Notes: generated by a model not told the origin, from the letters alone. A DNA stretch of 64,000 nt from the human T2T-CHM13v2.0 reference genome, Homo sapiens (GCF_009914755.1 NC_060941.1), one strand, 5' to 3'; shown: positions 1 to 13,150, counted from the first letter of the stretch. Program-made: numbers and translations.

Positions 1-1010
1 GTGTCTATCTTTATTGGCATAAAGATAGGAATACCACATTACCTTGATCACGGTAGCTTTATTGTAAGTCTCTGTTTTTGTTTTGTTTTGTTTTGTTTTG
101 TTTTGTCAAAATGGTTTTGGCTACTCTAGATCCTTGCATTTCATATGAATTTAAAAATCAGTTTATCAGTTCTAACGAGAAGCCTGCTGAGATTTTGACT
201 GGAATTACATTAAATCTAGATGAATTTGAGGAGAATTACCATCCTAGTAATATGGAGTCTTCTGACCCATGCACATAGTGGCTTCATCTTCCATAATCAT
301 CACATACTGATTTAGTTGTCTTGGTGCCTTGGAGCTTTATCTGTACATATCTTGCAAATATTTTGTTAAATTAATGTCAGTTTAAAAATTATTTAAGACA
401 GCATATAGAAATGTAATTGATTTTTGCATAGTGACCTCATTTCCTCTAACTTTGCTACATTCACTTATTGGCTCTGGGAGCTGTTTGAAAGGTTTCTTAA
501 GATCCTCTATGTGTGTAATTATGTCATCTGAAAATACATACAGTTTGACTTCTTTATTTCCGATGTTTATGTCTTTAATTTCTTTTTCTTGCTTTGTTGC
601 ACTGCGTAATGTCTCCAGTATAATGTTAAATGGACGCAATACAGCTGGGTGTTGAAGCCCTGATCTGAGTCAAGGATCAATGACAGGGAACATTTTATCT
701 AAATCTACTAAGTATAATATGTGCTGTGAATTTTTCATAGATACCCATTATCAGGTTGAGGAAGTGCGCTTCTAGACCTAGTTTTCTGAGAGTTTTTCTC
801 GTGAGTTCTTGTTGGAATTCGTCAGCGGCTTCCTCTGTGTCTGTGGAGGGGATCGTACAGCTGTTCACCCTGTTCAGATGGTGCATCACATGAATGATGT
901 TCAGATGTTAAACAGTCTTGCATCCCTGTGGTAAACCCCAGCTGGTCATGGTATATTACCCTTGGATAGATTGCGGGATTTTACTTGCATTTCATTGAAG
1001 ATCATCTCAC
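1..1010 (-). mobile_element. Old L1 (L1M-type) ORF2 fragment, antisense
   Basis: Minus ORFs 382..639 (KQEKEIKDINIGNKEVKLYVFSDDII...QKSITFLY) and 695..889 resemble degenerate L1 ORF2 RT. Confidence 0.88.
75..105. repeat. (TTTTG)n microsatellite
   Basis: About 6 copies read directly. Confidence 0.9.
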
Positions 1011-1028
1011 ATGTGTTCTTCTCTACCT

Positions 1029-1567
1029 GTGGGAGACAGCCACGCCCTCTCCAACAAGGCCTAAACCTCACTCTATCCACAGAACATAGCCACGCCCTCT
1101 CCAACAAGGCCTAAACCTCACTGTACCCACGGGACACAGCCACGCCCTCTCCAACAAGGCCTCAACCTCACTGTACCCACGGGACACAGCCACGCCCTCT
1201 CCAACAAGGCCTAAACCTCACTCTACCCAAGGGACACCGCCTCTCTCCAACAAGGCCTCAACCTCACTCTACCCAAGGGACACAACCACACCCTCTCTAA
1301 CAAGGCCTAAACCTCACTCCACCGGTGGGACACAGCCACAGCCTCTCCAACAAGGCCTCAACCTCACTGTACCCACGGGACACAGCCACGCCCTCTCCAA
1401 CAAGGCCTCAACCTCACTGTACCCACAGGACACAGCCACGCCCTCTCCAACAAGGCCTAAACCTCACTCCACCCGTGGGACACAGCCACAGCCTCTTTAA
1501 CAAGGCCTCGACCTCACTGTACCCACGGGACACAGCCACACCCTCTCGAACAAGGCCTCAACCTCAG
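1029..1567. repeat. Minisatellite, 50-bp unit (GGGACACAGCCACGCCCTCTCCAACAAGGCCTCAACCTCACTGTACCCAC), ~10-11 copies
   Basis: Period 50, e.g. units starting at 1131 and 1181. Confidence 0.95.
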
Positions 1568-1577
1568 CCCTACCTGG

Positions 1578-1626
1578 GGCCTCCTCCAGGTGCTGGGATT
1601 ACAGGCATGAGCCACTGTGCCCAGCC
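1578..1626 (-). mobile_element. Alu 5'-end fragment
   Basis: gtgctgggattacaggcatgagccactgtgcccagcc. Confidence 0.85.
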
Positions 1627-1639
1627 CTTGATTTCTTAA

Positions 1640-1850
1640 TATACTAAATTTTTAATTTCCAGGGTTTAAAAAGAATAGCTTCTAGTTTTCTTCCAAAATT
1701 GTTCACTTTGTCCTTTAATTCCTTATACATATTAAGTAAGATGATTGTCAAGTCTGTGCCTGGCGGCTCCATTATCCAAATCCTCTATCTCTGTCTTGTC
1801 AGCTGCTTTTCTTGGTTTCAAACATATATACAGTTTTCCAGTAATTACCT
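1640..1850 (-). mobile_element. Probable ancient L1 fragment, antisense
   Basis: T-rich sequence resembling antisense L1M; recognised by eye only. Confidence 0.45.
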
Positions 1851-3361
1851 GTTTTTTTTTTTAATTGAATGCTACAAATTGAAAACGGAAATTGTACAGG
1901 TATTTGGGGTGATTTGAGGCTGTGAAGTCTGAATTGTTTTGAGTTTCTTTTTCCTCCTACGCGCCTTTTAGAGTCTCAGCTCAACAACTGAGGAGTTTCC
2001 CCAGATCTGCTTCTCCTTGGCAGTGCATCACCTCCTGCTGTTGTTCCCCAGCCCCATGAGCCTGCCGTGATCTACTCAGCGTCCCTGCTGCTGGGTCCCG
2101 TTTTTGGAGTTGCCAGATGCTTCCAAGAGAGGTGGCCCCAAACGAAAGCTCAACCCCTGGCTTCCCCTCCTCGAGTCTTGGCCCCATAATTTCTCATAGC
2201 CTGGCTGCCTTTCCTTGCTTCTAAAATATTCCCGAACATACACACAGCCTTTCTAGCTGTTCTCCAGGTGAGAATGGTCTGAATCACCTCATCTGCCGTT
2301 ACCCGCAAGGGAGCCCGTGCTGTTCTCAAAACCCTAAACCTGTGGGAACCACACGCCCCCAGATTTGTGCACGTGATTTGGAATCTGGTGGGCTCAGCTT
2401 TTTAGATAATGCCCAGTGGCTGCACGTGAGGGTCCGCAGGCACAGAGTTGGACCCACGTCCCCAGCCTTCCATGTCCAGCTGGGACTCTATGTGGCTCTC
2501 TTGTTCCCGTTCCTGTCCCTCTGCCCTCCAGACTATAGCACTGCAGCCCAGCTGACAGAGAGGCCGCTCCTCTACCTTTAAGTTGCAAACTATTCAGACC
2601 AATATCGTGTATTATAATTTGTAAACCATGGGTTTTATGCACGCTAAAATGGACTTTAATTATGATCACTCAAAGTCTGTAAATGGCTATAATATTGGGC
2701 ACTGTGTAGTGAGAACATCAGGTAATGTTACAGAGCGCTGAATTGTACATCATTTTAAATAAAGAGAGGCTGGACGAGAATATCACAGGAATGCACGTTT
2801 CCTTGGTTCAGAGCAATATTAGCTTAAGAAAAAGTATTTTCACTGGTTTCACGAAAAGTTATCACCTGGTGCATTATTTCCTGATCTTCACTTCGAATTG
2901 TTTTCTTTCCCCAAAGAGTTGTATTTTTACAATGACCGACATGTGTGTGTGCTTTATGTGTAAGGTTTCAATGCAGCGTTCATTGAGAAGCTGGATGAAC
3001 TCATCACGCTTTTGCACCTGCTCAGATTGCTTTCAGTAACTCTCCTGTTACTCCAGCCCCCACTGTGGAGAACCACTGGTCTGAGATAGACATATATAGC
3101 TTCCCTCTTACTAGCAACCTAGCCATTATGCACTGACCTGGATTTTCAAAAGAATTATTTCAAAAAAGAAATTGCTCAGTTCACCTCCCCTGACCTTGGC
3201 ATGGAACCTTTGTAAGTAATTAATTATTTGCAGTAAGTAAGTGAACCAGCCCAAGCTTCTCTACACCGTCATTTTCATAGTAGTCATTTAAATTTAAGTG
3301 CGTGTCCTTCTTTAACTGAATTTAATCTGAGATGATATAAATTTTTAAAATCATACAGTTT

Positions 3362-3657
<296 letters not shown>

Positions 3658-4750
3658 TTTTTTTTCATAAGACAGTTTTGAAATATCTTCCCTTTTCAGG
3701 AAACTTGCTGTAGCCTCCTTCTTATTTAAAAAAAGGGGGGAAAAGTTTTGTTTTCCTTTAATACGTAAATTGTATGTTTTCCGTGTAGATTATTAAGCAC
3801 ATAAGCAAAAAGAATTAAAATCATCCATTTTCTCCAGCATGCCGGGATAACCATTATTAACACTTTGTGTATACCCTTCCAGACTTTTGTCTAAGTGTAT
3901 TCTTGGGTATTTTTTTGATTTTGTGCCCAAAGAGATAATCTAGGGGAATGGCCACCAGAGCGTTTCACGAGCTTCTTAGATGATGGAATTTGGGATGATT
4001 TGTATTATCTTGTTTTCTTTTTTATCATCATTTGAGTACTTTTAGTGAGTTTGTCCTATTTCTTGGAAACCGTAGTTTTTCATTTAACATTTTGTTTACA
4101 TACAGTTTGACAATCATTCAGTGGGGATTCACCCATTGGCTCATCGTATGTATGCGGCACCTGTTCTGTATTCAACGTTTCATGCCATCAAATATGTACA
4201 CGGCATCTGTTCTGTATTCGACTTTCACGCTAAGCATCGTAACAGCAAGATGAAGAAAGAATGTAGTCCTCACTTTCAGAGCGCTCCAAGCCTCAGCTTA
4301 GACACAGCCTAGGCAACAGTGTCTCAGAGACATTCACAGCTCTCTGGGCAGGCATCAAAGGAGCAGCCCCAAGCAGGGAACCCCTGGGTTGGTGTGGGAG
4401 AGACCCCAGGGGAGTGTCCTGAGAGGAGGCCGGACTTGAGCCAAATGATAAAGGATCCATAGGTGTCCCCTAAGCCAAGAAGACAGGAGGGTGGTCTGAG
4501 CAGAGCACACAGGATGTTTGAGAATGACAAGTCTGACATGGCTGGAAAGCGATGTATTTGGTGAAATAGAAAGATGGGGAGGAACAGAAAATAGCACCAG
4601 GAAGGTAAACATGCTTGAGTTACTCAGCCTCCACCATGGCAGCCGCGTGACTGTGCTGGGGAGCAGACACTAGGCAGTTAGGGGTGCACAAGGTTTGTTG
4701 GATGTAACACCTGGCAGAGGCCAGGACAGAAGCTGGACCTGATGTACACC

Positions 4751-4875
4751 TGGCCCAGGCTCTGCTGGCCCCATAGAGAGAGAGCTGTCGCTCCAACTCA
4801 GAGGTGGCCCAGCCTCTGCAGGCCCCGTGGAGAGAGAGCTGCCACTCCAACTCGGAGGTGGCCAGACTCTGTAGC
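4751..4875. repeat. ~54-bp tandem duplication, ~2.3 copies
   Basis: agagagagctg(t/c)c(g/a)ctccaactc(a/g)gaggtggcc occurs twice. Confidence 0.8.
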
Positions 4876-5290
4876 TCAGCTGTGCTACAGGGCCACCCAG
4901 AACAGAGAAAGGCCTCATCTGAACACTGGCCCAGTCCCTGTGCGTACCAGCTGGGACTGTCCCTGTACCGCGCTTTTTCCTGCCAAGGGCCCAGCCCCGT
5001 GTCCACAGGCAGCAGACAGCCATCGGCATCAGTGGGAGCAGCTGTTTTTTAAGTGGGGAAGTGACATGGCCCAGGCCTGTGGACTGTGGAGATCACACCA
5101 TGTGCTTAACGAGCTGCCGGGAGCTGTGAGATTGATTTATGTCAAGGAAAACAAGTCATTATCCATGGGAATTTATCTAGCTACACAGAAAATTAACAGT
5201 GGAACAATGGCGGGTAATAAAAGAAAAAGAAAGTAAGGGATTCGTTGAGCACCAAAGAAATTTAGAGGAAGATCTCAGCTGTCATCCTGT

Positions 5291-5489
5291 GCTGGACAGT
5301 CCGTCACGTGCAGAGCATCCTCCCGACTGGCGAGGTGGCTTCCACGTGCCCCGTCAATCAGGGCTGGACAGTCCGTCACGTGCAGAGCATCCTCCCGACT
5401 GGCGAGGTGGCTTCCACGTGCCCCGTCAATCAGGGCTGGACAGTCCGTCACGTGCAGAGCATCCTCCCGACTGGCGAGGTGGCTTCCAC
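5291..5489. repeat. Perfect 72-bp tandem repeat, ~2.8 copies
   Basis: Units start at 5291, 5363 and 5435; ORF track shows LDSPSRAEHPPDWRGGFHVPRQSG repeated. Confidence 0.97.
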
Positions 5490-8400
5490 GGAGCGATTCT
5501 CGAGACCCGAGGGGCGTGGACACAGCTTCTACGCAGGCAGTCGGAGAGCCACTGGGCTCTTGGCCCTCACTCCTCCAGCCAGAGGAGTTTTGCTTTCCTT
5601 TGTCCTGCATAAGATTTTGTTTGAGTAGCTAAAAAGTAATGGAAAACCACCACAATGATCAGTGGAGAACCTTGTATGTTTGGGGGCCCAGCTGTGTGTT
5701 AAGAGCCATCAGCCTGTGTAGCGTGAGCCAGGGCAGAAGGGCCTGGCCCGAGAATGCTGTCTGGACGCCTGGCAGGCCTGGCTGCAGGGTGCCGCAGAGG
5801 AGGTGGGAAGAGGCATCTTTGGGAGGCCTGGCTGGCCCCAGTGCAGGACCAGAGAGCAGCTGAGGGCCTGGGGCCTCCGGGGTTTCGAGCCTCAGTGAAA
5901 CGCGAATCCACAGGGACTCTTGGAGTGGGGACCAGCAGTGGAGAAGATGGAGGCATTGCACTTGATTTTACACACGTTCCGCTTGAGCTGTGATGCCAGG
6001 CAAGCCGAGGGTGAAGGGAAGCGCCTTGTCGTGAGACCTGGAAGGAGCAGGGCTGCCGCTGGAGCAGATCCTGGGGTGTGAAAAGAGCTGGCGACGCAGT
6101 GCTCCCAGAGGTCACTAAGGGAGGAGCCGGGTGCCAGGGGAGAGACAGTCAGGATTTGCAGATTCAGCAAATGAAGAAAGGCAAGGCTGGCCAGCCACTG
6201 GAGTGAGGGGGCTTGGGAGGAGGTGGCTTGGAAGGGCGGTGAGGACAGAAACCAGCTTTCGCATGGCAGGTAAGAGGAGCCTACGGGGGCCAAGGAGAGC
6301 TTAGCTAGTGCCAGCTTCAGGGCCACATGGGTTTTCCCCAGGGTAGACAGGCATAAGGCCCCAGCGGCCACTGCATGTTGAGCCCCAGCAGCCAGTGGTC
6401 TCCCCGGCCCATCCCTGGTCCTCCCATTCCTGCGAGGCGGCTGCGGGGTCTGGGTCTGGTTTCTGCCACTTGTCTCTAGTGGAAGACACACCCTCATAGA
6501 GCCTCAGTTTCTCCATCTGAAAAGCAAGTGAACATAAGACCTGCCTGGCGTGGGCATTGGGAAGGAAGTCTTGGTGGACTTGGCAGGTGGGTGACTTGGG
6601 GGCCTGGGTCCACCGAGCCGCACAGCGGGAGGCACGGCATGAGTGCCCAGCTGGCAGCGGTGGTGGAGGTAGTGTAAATGTTCATGCTGAAGAAAATCCA
6701 AGCCTCTGAGAGGCTGGGCAGCTAGTCCACAGTCACAGAGCCAGTCTCTGGCCAAATTCAAGCCCCCGTCTGTCTGGCTCCCAAGTTTAGGCCTGGAAGT
6801 GAAGGAAAAGGAAGGCTGGGGGTTCTGCAGGGGAGACATCCTGATGACCTCACAGCCCCTTGTCCTTGTCCTCTGCATGGATGGGGCCAGGGACGGCAGT
6901 GAGGCGGCCACCCCATGGGGAGGAGATCATGTGTTGCGTCTCCTGAGTGCAGACGGAGCTGAAGGCGCCCCCGAGAATCCAGGTGAGAGCAGGAACCTGG
7001 AGAGACTGGGAGGCAAGCACCTGCCACGTGGGCACCTGTGAGTGAACCGGGGAGGGACAGGGCCCCAAGGAGTGGGTGGCACCTCATGCTGGAAGTGGGG
7101 AGCAGGCAGAGTGATGGGGCAAATGACAGGGAGCCGGGCAGGTCCGGGAGAAGGGGTGGGGGAGGGAGCACCCTTGGGAGAGTGACTGTGATGGGCTGTG
7201 ATCCCTCAGGCATCTGGTGGAGAATCAAAGGCGAGGGCTGGAGACACAGCAGCTCTTGTTGAGTGACAAGTTCCCAGCAGAGGGTGGTGGTGGGGACAGC
7301 CAGGGGTGTCAGGGAAGAAGAAGGGGCCTTAGGGGAAGGGCACCTGCTTGGCATTTCGGAGCTGGCCTGGCACTCTACAGTGGTTGCACAAATGGGGTGT
7401 GGATGCTGAAGTTCTGCCAGAGTCTAGCAGGGCCGGGGTCATCATGATGACCTGGATGTTGCAGTAAGGAAGATAAATCCTGGCAAGAAACCGCATGCCA
7501 CAGGTGAGCCCGGAAGTGTGGGGGAAGGTGGAGATAAACCCTCCTGCCAATGGCAGTGAAGGAGAGTTTGAGGAGGCGCGGGCCCTGTTGGGGGGCCACC
7601 CCGGCATCTGCCACATCTGTTGTTGGAGTGTCATCTGTTTTATTTTAGTCGCCATTTTGCATCAGGGTCAGCTGTGTTGACTCAGCAGAGAAACAGGTAC
7701 CACGAGTCATCCAGCCATAGCACGGCTGGGACCAGCGCTTGAGTTTTCTTGTCTCCCAATTCAGGAGTCTTTTCCTGAACTGTAGCTTTTTACAGTTTTC
7801 ACATAGAAGTCCTTGATTAACACTCTGAATTTAAATTTTAAAAGAGCCACCTTGATCATTAACCCTTTGAGGGTTCAGAGAAACTTCTAGAATGAAACAT
7901 GGTCTGACATGGACAACATACACCAATAGGCTTCTTCTGTGGTCCCCTCGTGATCTCAGTGGCCTCCCGAGTTGGGCAAGACTCAGCATTGGTTAGGATC
8001 AGGTACAGAAAGGAAATCAGAAACAAATCGTTTCTGCAAGGATTTAATTTTATGTGACGTGAAAAGTGAGGGATGCTGGACTCGGTTCCACCTTGTCACC
8101 CCCAGTAGGACCAGGCCTGCTGGATCAAGAAGCCTCATCAGCTTTTGCTCACTGGATGGTTGGTTCATCGACTTGAATGATTTCTGGGTCTGTCTGAAGT
8201 CGGCTGGGCAGATGACTCTGTCTGGTTTCACGATGAGCTTAGGGAAGAGACCAGTGGGATTTTCAGGACCATGTTGGGAGAGTCTAGCTTTGCATTTATT
8301 TACTGGTGATCATCACAAGATACCAATTTGTAAAAACACAACTAAGTACACACTGGTCCTATCTGGCCTCCGTTTATCTTGATGGCTTGGCCATCCAGTG

Positions 8401-10634
8401 ACAGTGCTGGGGTGTGGGACCTCGTGGGAAGCTCTTTGCTGCTCAGAATGCAGCTTTCTGTTAACCAGTGGTCACAGACTCGGGAACAGCAGGGGCTCTA
8501 TGAGCTTCAGTCGATTCAGGATACGTGGGCTCACGTTAGGGATGTGTTTAGTCCTGGTTTGCAAACAGCCTGCGGGCAAATGGTCTGTCTGTGCTTGTGA
8601 TGGTCCCTGCACTTCTTCCGGAATGCAGCCCTGGCCCCCGCCAGCTGCTCGAGCTGTGCTGCACCCCTAGGCTCCCTCCCCAGCATCACCAGGGCCAAGG
8701 ATGAGGAGATGCAGGAGCCAGGGTTTTGGCAGTTCCCTGTTACTCAGGTGGGCACACTCATTGCAGTAAATGTTGATGTATAAAGACAAGGAAGGGTATC
8801 CCCATGATCGCATTTTGAGGTTTTTCCTCCAATTGTTTCTCCTTGCACATGTTTGATGTAATCGTGACTATAGAGTATTTGTCTTGCTTCTTTACTTAAT
8901 GTTATAAAGCATTGTCCCATATTATTGAAATATTCAGAACAGTTTAACTGCTTGTAGCTGCTGCGTCGTGGTTGTTGCGTGGTTTGTTTAATCATTTCCC
9001 TCTCATTGGTTTCGGAGCGAATTTTGGGCTTTCTGCAATGGCAGATGACACAGCACCACACACCCTACATCCCATTTCCCCATCTTGCTTCCGGTTTAGG
9101 TATGGTTGGTTCCTGGAAGTTGATGTACTGAGCTATGTAGATTTTTCCGACTTTTACATGTGGTAAAGAAGGTAGTGCCAGCGCACGCTCGTACAGGATA
9201 GAAGTGTTTTTGTTTAGGGCAGGGACAGACACATCCAGCTGCCTTAGAATGGGGGCTCTGCACACCAGAAAGACCAGCTGTGTAACGTAGAGTGTGGACT
9301 TTGAGTGATGCAGTATCAGTCACTCAATCGGTCTTGTCTGTGTGACTCTGAATACACAGACTCCGGGCACTTCCCAGGCTGGCAGTGCTCCAGGCACGTT
9401 GTTACAGTCGTGCTGGGAGGGTAACATGTCTGAACCCCATGGAGCGAGGACCTGAGCTCTGCAGTTGGTGTTGGGCCCCACCCTGCCCTGGGCGCCTCTC
9501 TTCCTGAGGCTTGGGGACGGTCCTCTGCCCTCATAGTTTGACTAACTCCAGATATGTTGAGAGAGGAGAGAACCCGTGACAGGATGCTGAAGATCAGCAA
9601 CTCCCGTGTCCTCCTTCCTTGCACAGTCGGGCCACTTATGTGTTTACTGATCCTAGGCCACAGAGCTTCGGCGTGTGGTCTGGGCGCTGTCTGTCCTCTG
9701 CATGGCTTTGGTAAGGAGGGCAGGCAGCGCTCGGTGACAGTCCTGCAGCTTGAAAGAGGCGGTGTTTTTGCGGAACAGTTATTGACGATCTTGTCAGTCA
9801 TTTCATTAAAACGGTTTTCAGCATATGTGTTTCTCATCTGCAGGTGTGGGACCCAAGACACAAGTGTGTTGGGGCTCCATGTCCACCCCACGATGCCCCC
9901 CGTGCCCCTTCTCCGTGCTGTTTCCTAGGGCTGTGTCCCGGGCAGCCACCCCTGTTCGCGCTGGCGCTTGAGGGCTGAGATGAGCAACCTGGTAAAATGA
10001 GTTCCTGGATTGTTTGCTTGCATTTCATAAGGAAATGTCTTCTCTTTGGGAGGTGTGCCCCACCCTCACATTCCTCCGTGGGGCCAAGCTCTGTCGTAGG
10101 TTGTTAGAGGGTGGGCACCTTTGCTTTTCCTCACTCCCCTGCTCGGAGGTCGGAGGGCAGGCAGCCTGGCCATTCCTCCTGCGCACAGTGGACATGCTTG
10201 TTCTGAAGCGAGAGCAGACTGGGGAGAAGGAGGAGGGGCTGAGACGAGTCTCTGCTGTCCTTGTGCCGTGTGTTCGCCTCCAGGCCTGGGTTTCTTTTAA
10301 ATGGTGGGAATCCTTCATGATGCCTGCCCTCCACCACCCACACAGCTAATGAAAGGGGCTTCTCCGTCATCCCCGTCCTGGCCAGCAGCCTGACTAGAAA
10401 ACCCTGATGTTGGGTAAACTGGTCTCCACTGTGGAGGTCGAAATTTTTCTTGAATTTGGAAATCTTTGTTTGAGACTTCCGGCATTGTTTGAGCAGCAGT
10501 GCTGCTTTAGAATATTATACTAACTTCTCAATTTCTCCTTTTTCTTGCCCTATCACTGAACCTATTTTGAGGAAATAAGACGTTATTTTCTGTTCGTAAA
10601 GGAAAGAAAGAGCATGTGTTGAAGAATTACATTA

Positions 10635-10780
<146 letters not shown>

Positions 10781-10937
10781 AGTTCACTGAACTTAGCTAC
10801 CCTGTGTTACTGATGCATAGCCTCTTTGAATATTATTCTGATGAAGACGGTGCCATCAGATGGTTCCTGCAGTGGGAATTGCTGATCAGCTAAATCTTTT
10901 TGACAGCGGGATCATGCTTATGGCTCTGAACACGTGG

Positions 10938-11045
10938 CATTTGGTTTTCCATTCCGAGTTACTTCACTTAGAATAATGGCCTCCAGCTCCATCCAAGTTG
11001 CTGCAAAAGTCATGGTTCTGTCCTCACGGCTGAGGAGTGGTCCTT
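10938..11045 (-). mobile_element. L1 3' region fragment (L1PB/MA-like)
   Basis: tttggttttccattccgagttacttcacttagaataatggcctccagctccatccaagttgctgcaaaa. Confidence 0.8.
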
Positions 11046-11711
11046 GGTGCTGCCTGCCCCATGCGAAATGGCAGCAGCCTCATCCCCCCGCCCACTCTCT
11101 GTCGTATTTGTCTCTGCGTCATCTGCCGTCACTTGCCACCTCTAATGTGTGCTTGTTCATTTGCCTGTTACCTGTCCTTCCCCCTAGACCCTTAGGACAG
11201 GGCCTGGGCGCGCGCTGGCAATCCCCACATCCCTGTCGCAGGTATCAGCTGCGTGTTGAATACACGGGAGCAAAGTAGACCTTGCGGGCGAGACTCCTCC
11301 CAGCATGGACGGTGTACTTCCACAGCGTTCGGTGGCTGAGGTATAACCCTGCAGAGCATGATGTGGACTGCTTTCAGCACGTGCCACAGACTGCCCTTGG
11401 GGTCCAGTCATCGGTCCATGGGAACCATGTGTGTGACCAGCTGGGCTTGGTCTGTAAGTCTGGGGACACCAGAGGAAGAAGCTGTTTTGGAGATGTGCGG
11501 GAAGGAGGAAAGCTGCAGATGGAGGTTGAGCTCTGAGCTGTGAGCTCATGGAGAGTTTGATTCTCCCTGCCGTGCGCCAAGCTTCTGCTCAGAGCCTTCC
11601 TCCCTCGCTCAGAGCCTTTCGCCGCCCGCGCCCTTTTTTCTTGCAACCTCTCTTCCATTCCCTGCTCTCAGAGCTGTGGCATCACTCATGAGAACGCCCC
11701 TTGTTTTCTAG

Positions 11712-11812
11712 GATCCCTGGCCGCCTGAACGACAGGAGGACGCCCCTGGGTGAACTGAACTGGATCTTCACAGCCATCACAGACACCATCGCGTGGAACG
11801 TGCTCCCCCGGG
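11712..11812 (+). CDS. RPTOR: RPTOR coding exon (exon 8 from memory), 101 nt: [33 protein letters not shown]
   Basis: Acceptor ttgttttctag, donor G|gtgagg; starts in phase 2 and ends in phase 1; matches conserved Raptor/Kog1 peptide. Confidence 0.97.
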
Positions 11813-11821
11813 GTGAGGCGC

Positions 11822-11841
11822 GGGCCGGGCCTTGGGGAGGG
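11822..11841 (+). promoter_or_regulatory. G-quadruplex / G-run cluster just after the exon donor
   Basis: GGGccGGGccttGGGGaGGG. Confidence 0.6.
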
Positions 11842-12191
11842 AGGCTATGGCCTTGAGTGCGCGGGGAGCCGACTCTCGGACATGAGAGGAGTCAGATAGG
11901 ATCCGTGAGTGCCTCCCTAGTGAGGAAGACAGTGGGAGGGGCTGAAAAGTAGAAGGCGACCACCTAAGGAGGTGTCTGCGAGGGGGTGAGTTACTGCACG
12001 CCAGGTTCTCAGAACGGTGGTGTGGAGAGACTGCGTGTCAGCGCTGGCCCTGACCGGTGCACAGCCCTTACTGCGCACCGGCGGCTTATCTTCAGAGTCG
12101 TCGGCATTATTCACACTGGCTGGAAACCAGAATTGCTGTTGTAAGACTTGTTTGTATTTTTTATTGATTGGTTGATTTGGGGTGTTTGTTC

Positions 12192-12460
12192 ACATGTACG
12201 TATATGTGCACTGTGTGTGTACATGTGTACATGTGTATGCATACACGTGTGTATATGCATATTTGTGTGTGTGTATTTGTGTATGTGTACACCTGTATGT
12301 GTGTGCGTGTATTTGTGTATGCGTGCCCATGTGTAATGTATCTGTATAGGTACACACCTGTGCACACACATGTATGTATGCATGTGTGCATGTGTGTACA
12401 TTTGTGCACGTGTGTGTATGTTTAAGTGTGTGTACGTGTGTGTTTAAGCGTGTGTGTGTG
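12192..12460. repeat. Degenerate (TG/TA/CA) purine-pyrimidine low-complexity tract
   Basis: tgtgtgtacatgtgtatgcatacacgtgtg... Confidence 0.9.
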
Positions 12461-12589
12461 TTGCTGATGGGAGATATGCATATTAGTCCCAACTTTAGTA
12501 ATTTTTGATAGAAGTGAATTTGTGTATTTGGCTTTAAATGCTAGACACAAGTCACTGTAGACTCCTTTTTATCTTTTATCTGCCCTCAG

Positions 12590-12734
12590 ATCTCTTCCAA
12601 AAGCTCTTCAGACAGGACTTGCTGGTGGCTAGTCTGTTTCGAAATTTTTTATTGGCGGAAAGGATTATGAGGTCGTATAACTGCACTCCCGTCAGCAGCC
12701 CGCGTCTGCCGCCCACGTACATGCACGCCATGTG
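12590..12734 (+). CDS. RPTOR: RPTOR coding exon (exon 9), 145 nt: [48 protein letters not shown](W)
   Basis: Pyrimidine tract ending ccctcag, donor TG|gtgagt; G+AT rebuilds Asp with the previous exon; seen in ORF 12538..12738. Confidence 0.98.
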
Positions 12735-13150
12735 GTGAGTGTTTCAGGATCCTCCAGGTGCCGTGCTCCCCCGCCCTCCGTGGCACTGTGATGTCATGGA
12801 ATTGCACGGAGCTGGGCAGGGAGGCCCCACACCTAACTTGGGGACCCCGTGTAGCATTAACAAGTGAAGCTAAATGCAGGGCTCCCAGAGATCTCCACAC
12901 AGAGGAGTGGGGGTCTCCTTCAGAGGGCAGAAGCCTTGGAGGGCCTTTTAGGACTGCACGGGAGCAGCGGCCGGCTGAAGCCTCACAGCTCTGCAACTCG
13001 GGAGGGTAGCACTTTGCAAGAGAGTTTCTAACCTTTTAGAAACCAGTAGTGAGAAAATAACTTGCTGACTTGAATTTATGAAGCACATGCAAGATCGCTC
13101 TGGAGAATTAAACTGTTGGGCTCATGATCAATTAGTTTTTATGCTTATTT

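Noticed and set aside
5199-5628. Repetitive ORFs (LDSPSRAEHPP..., QSILPTGEVAST...)
   Set aside because: Product of the 72-bp repeat, whose unit is a multiple of 3
9844-9990. Possible cryptic exon (tttctcatctgcag acceptor, CTG|gtaaaa donor)
   Set aside because: Weak donor, in-frame stop in the RPTOR phase, and such site pairs are common by chance
12111-12492. His/Thr- and Cys/Val-rich ORFs
   Set aside because: Translation of the TG/CA low-complexity tract
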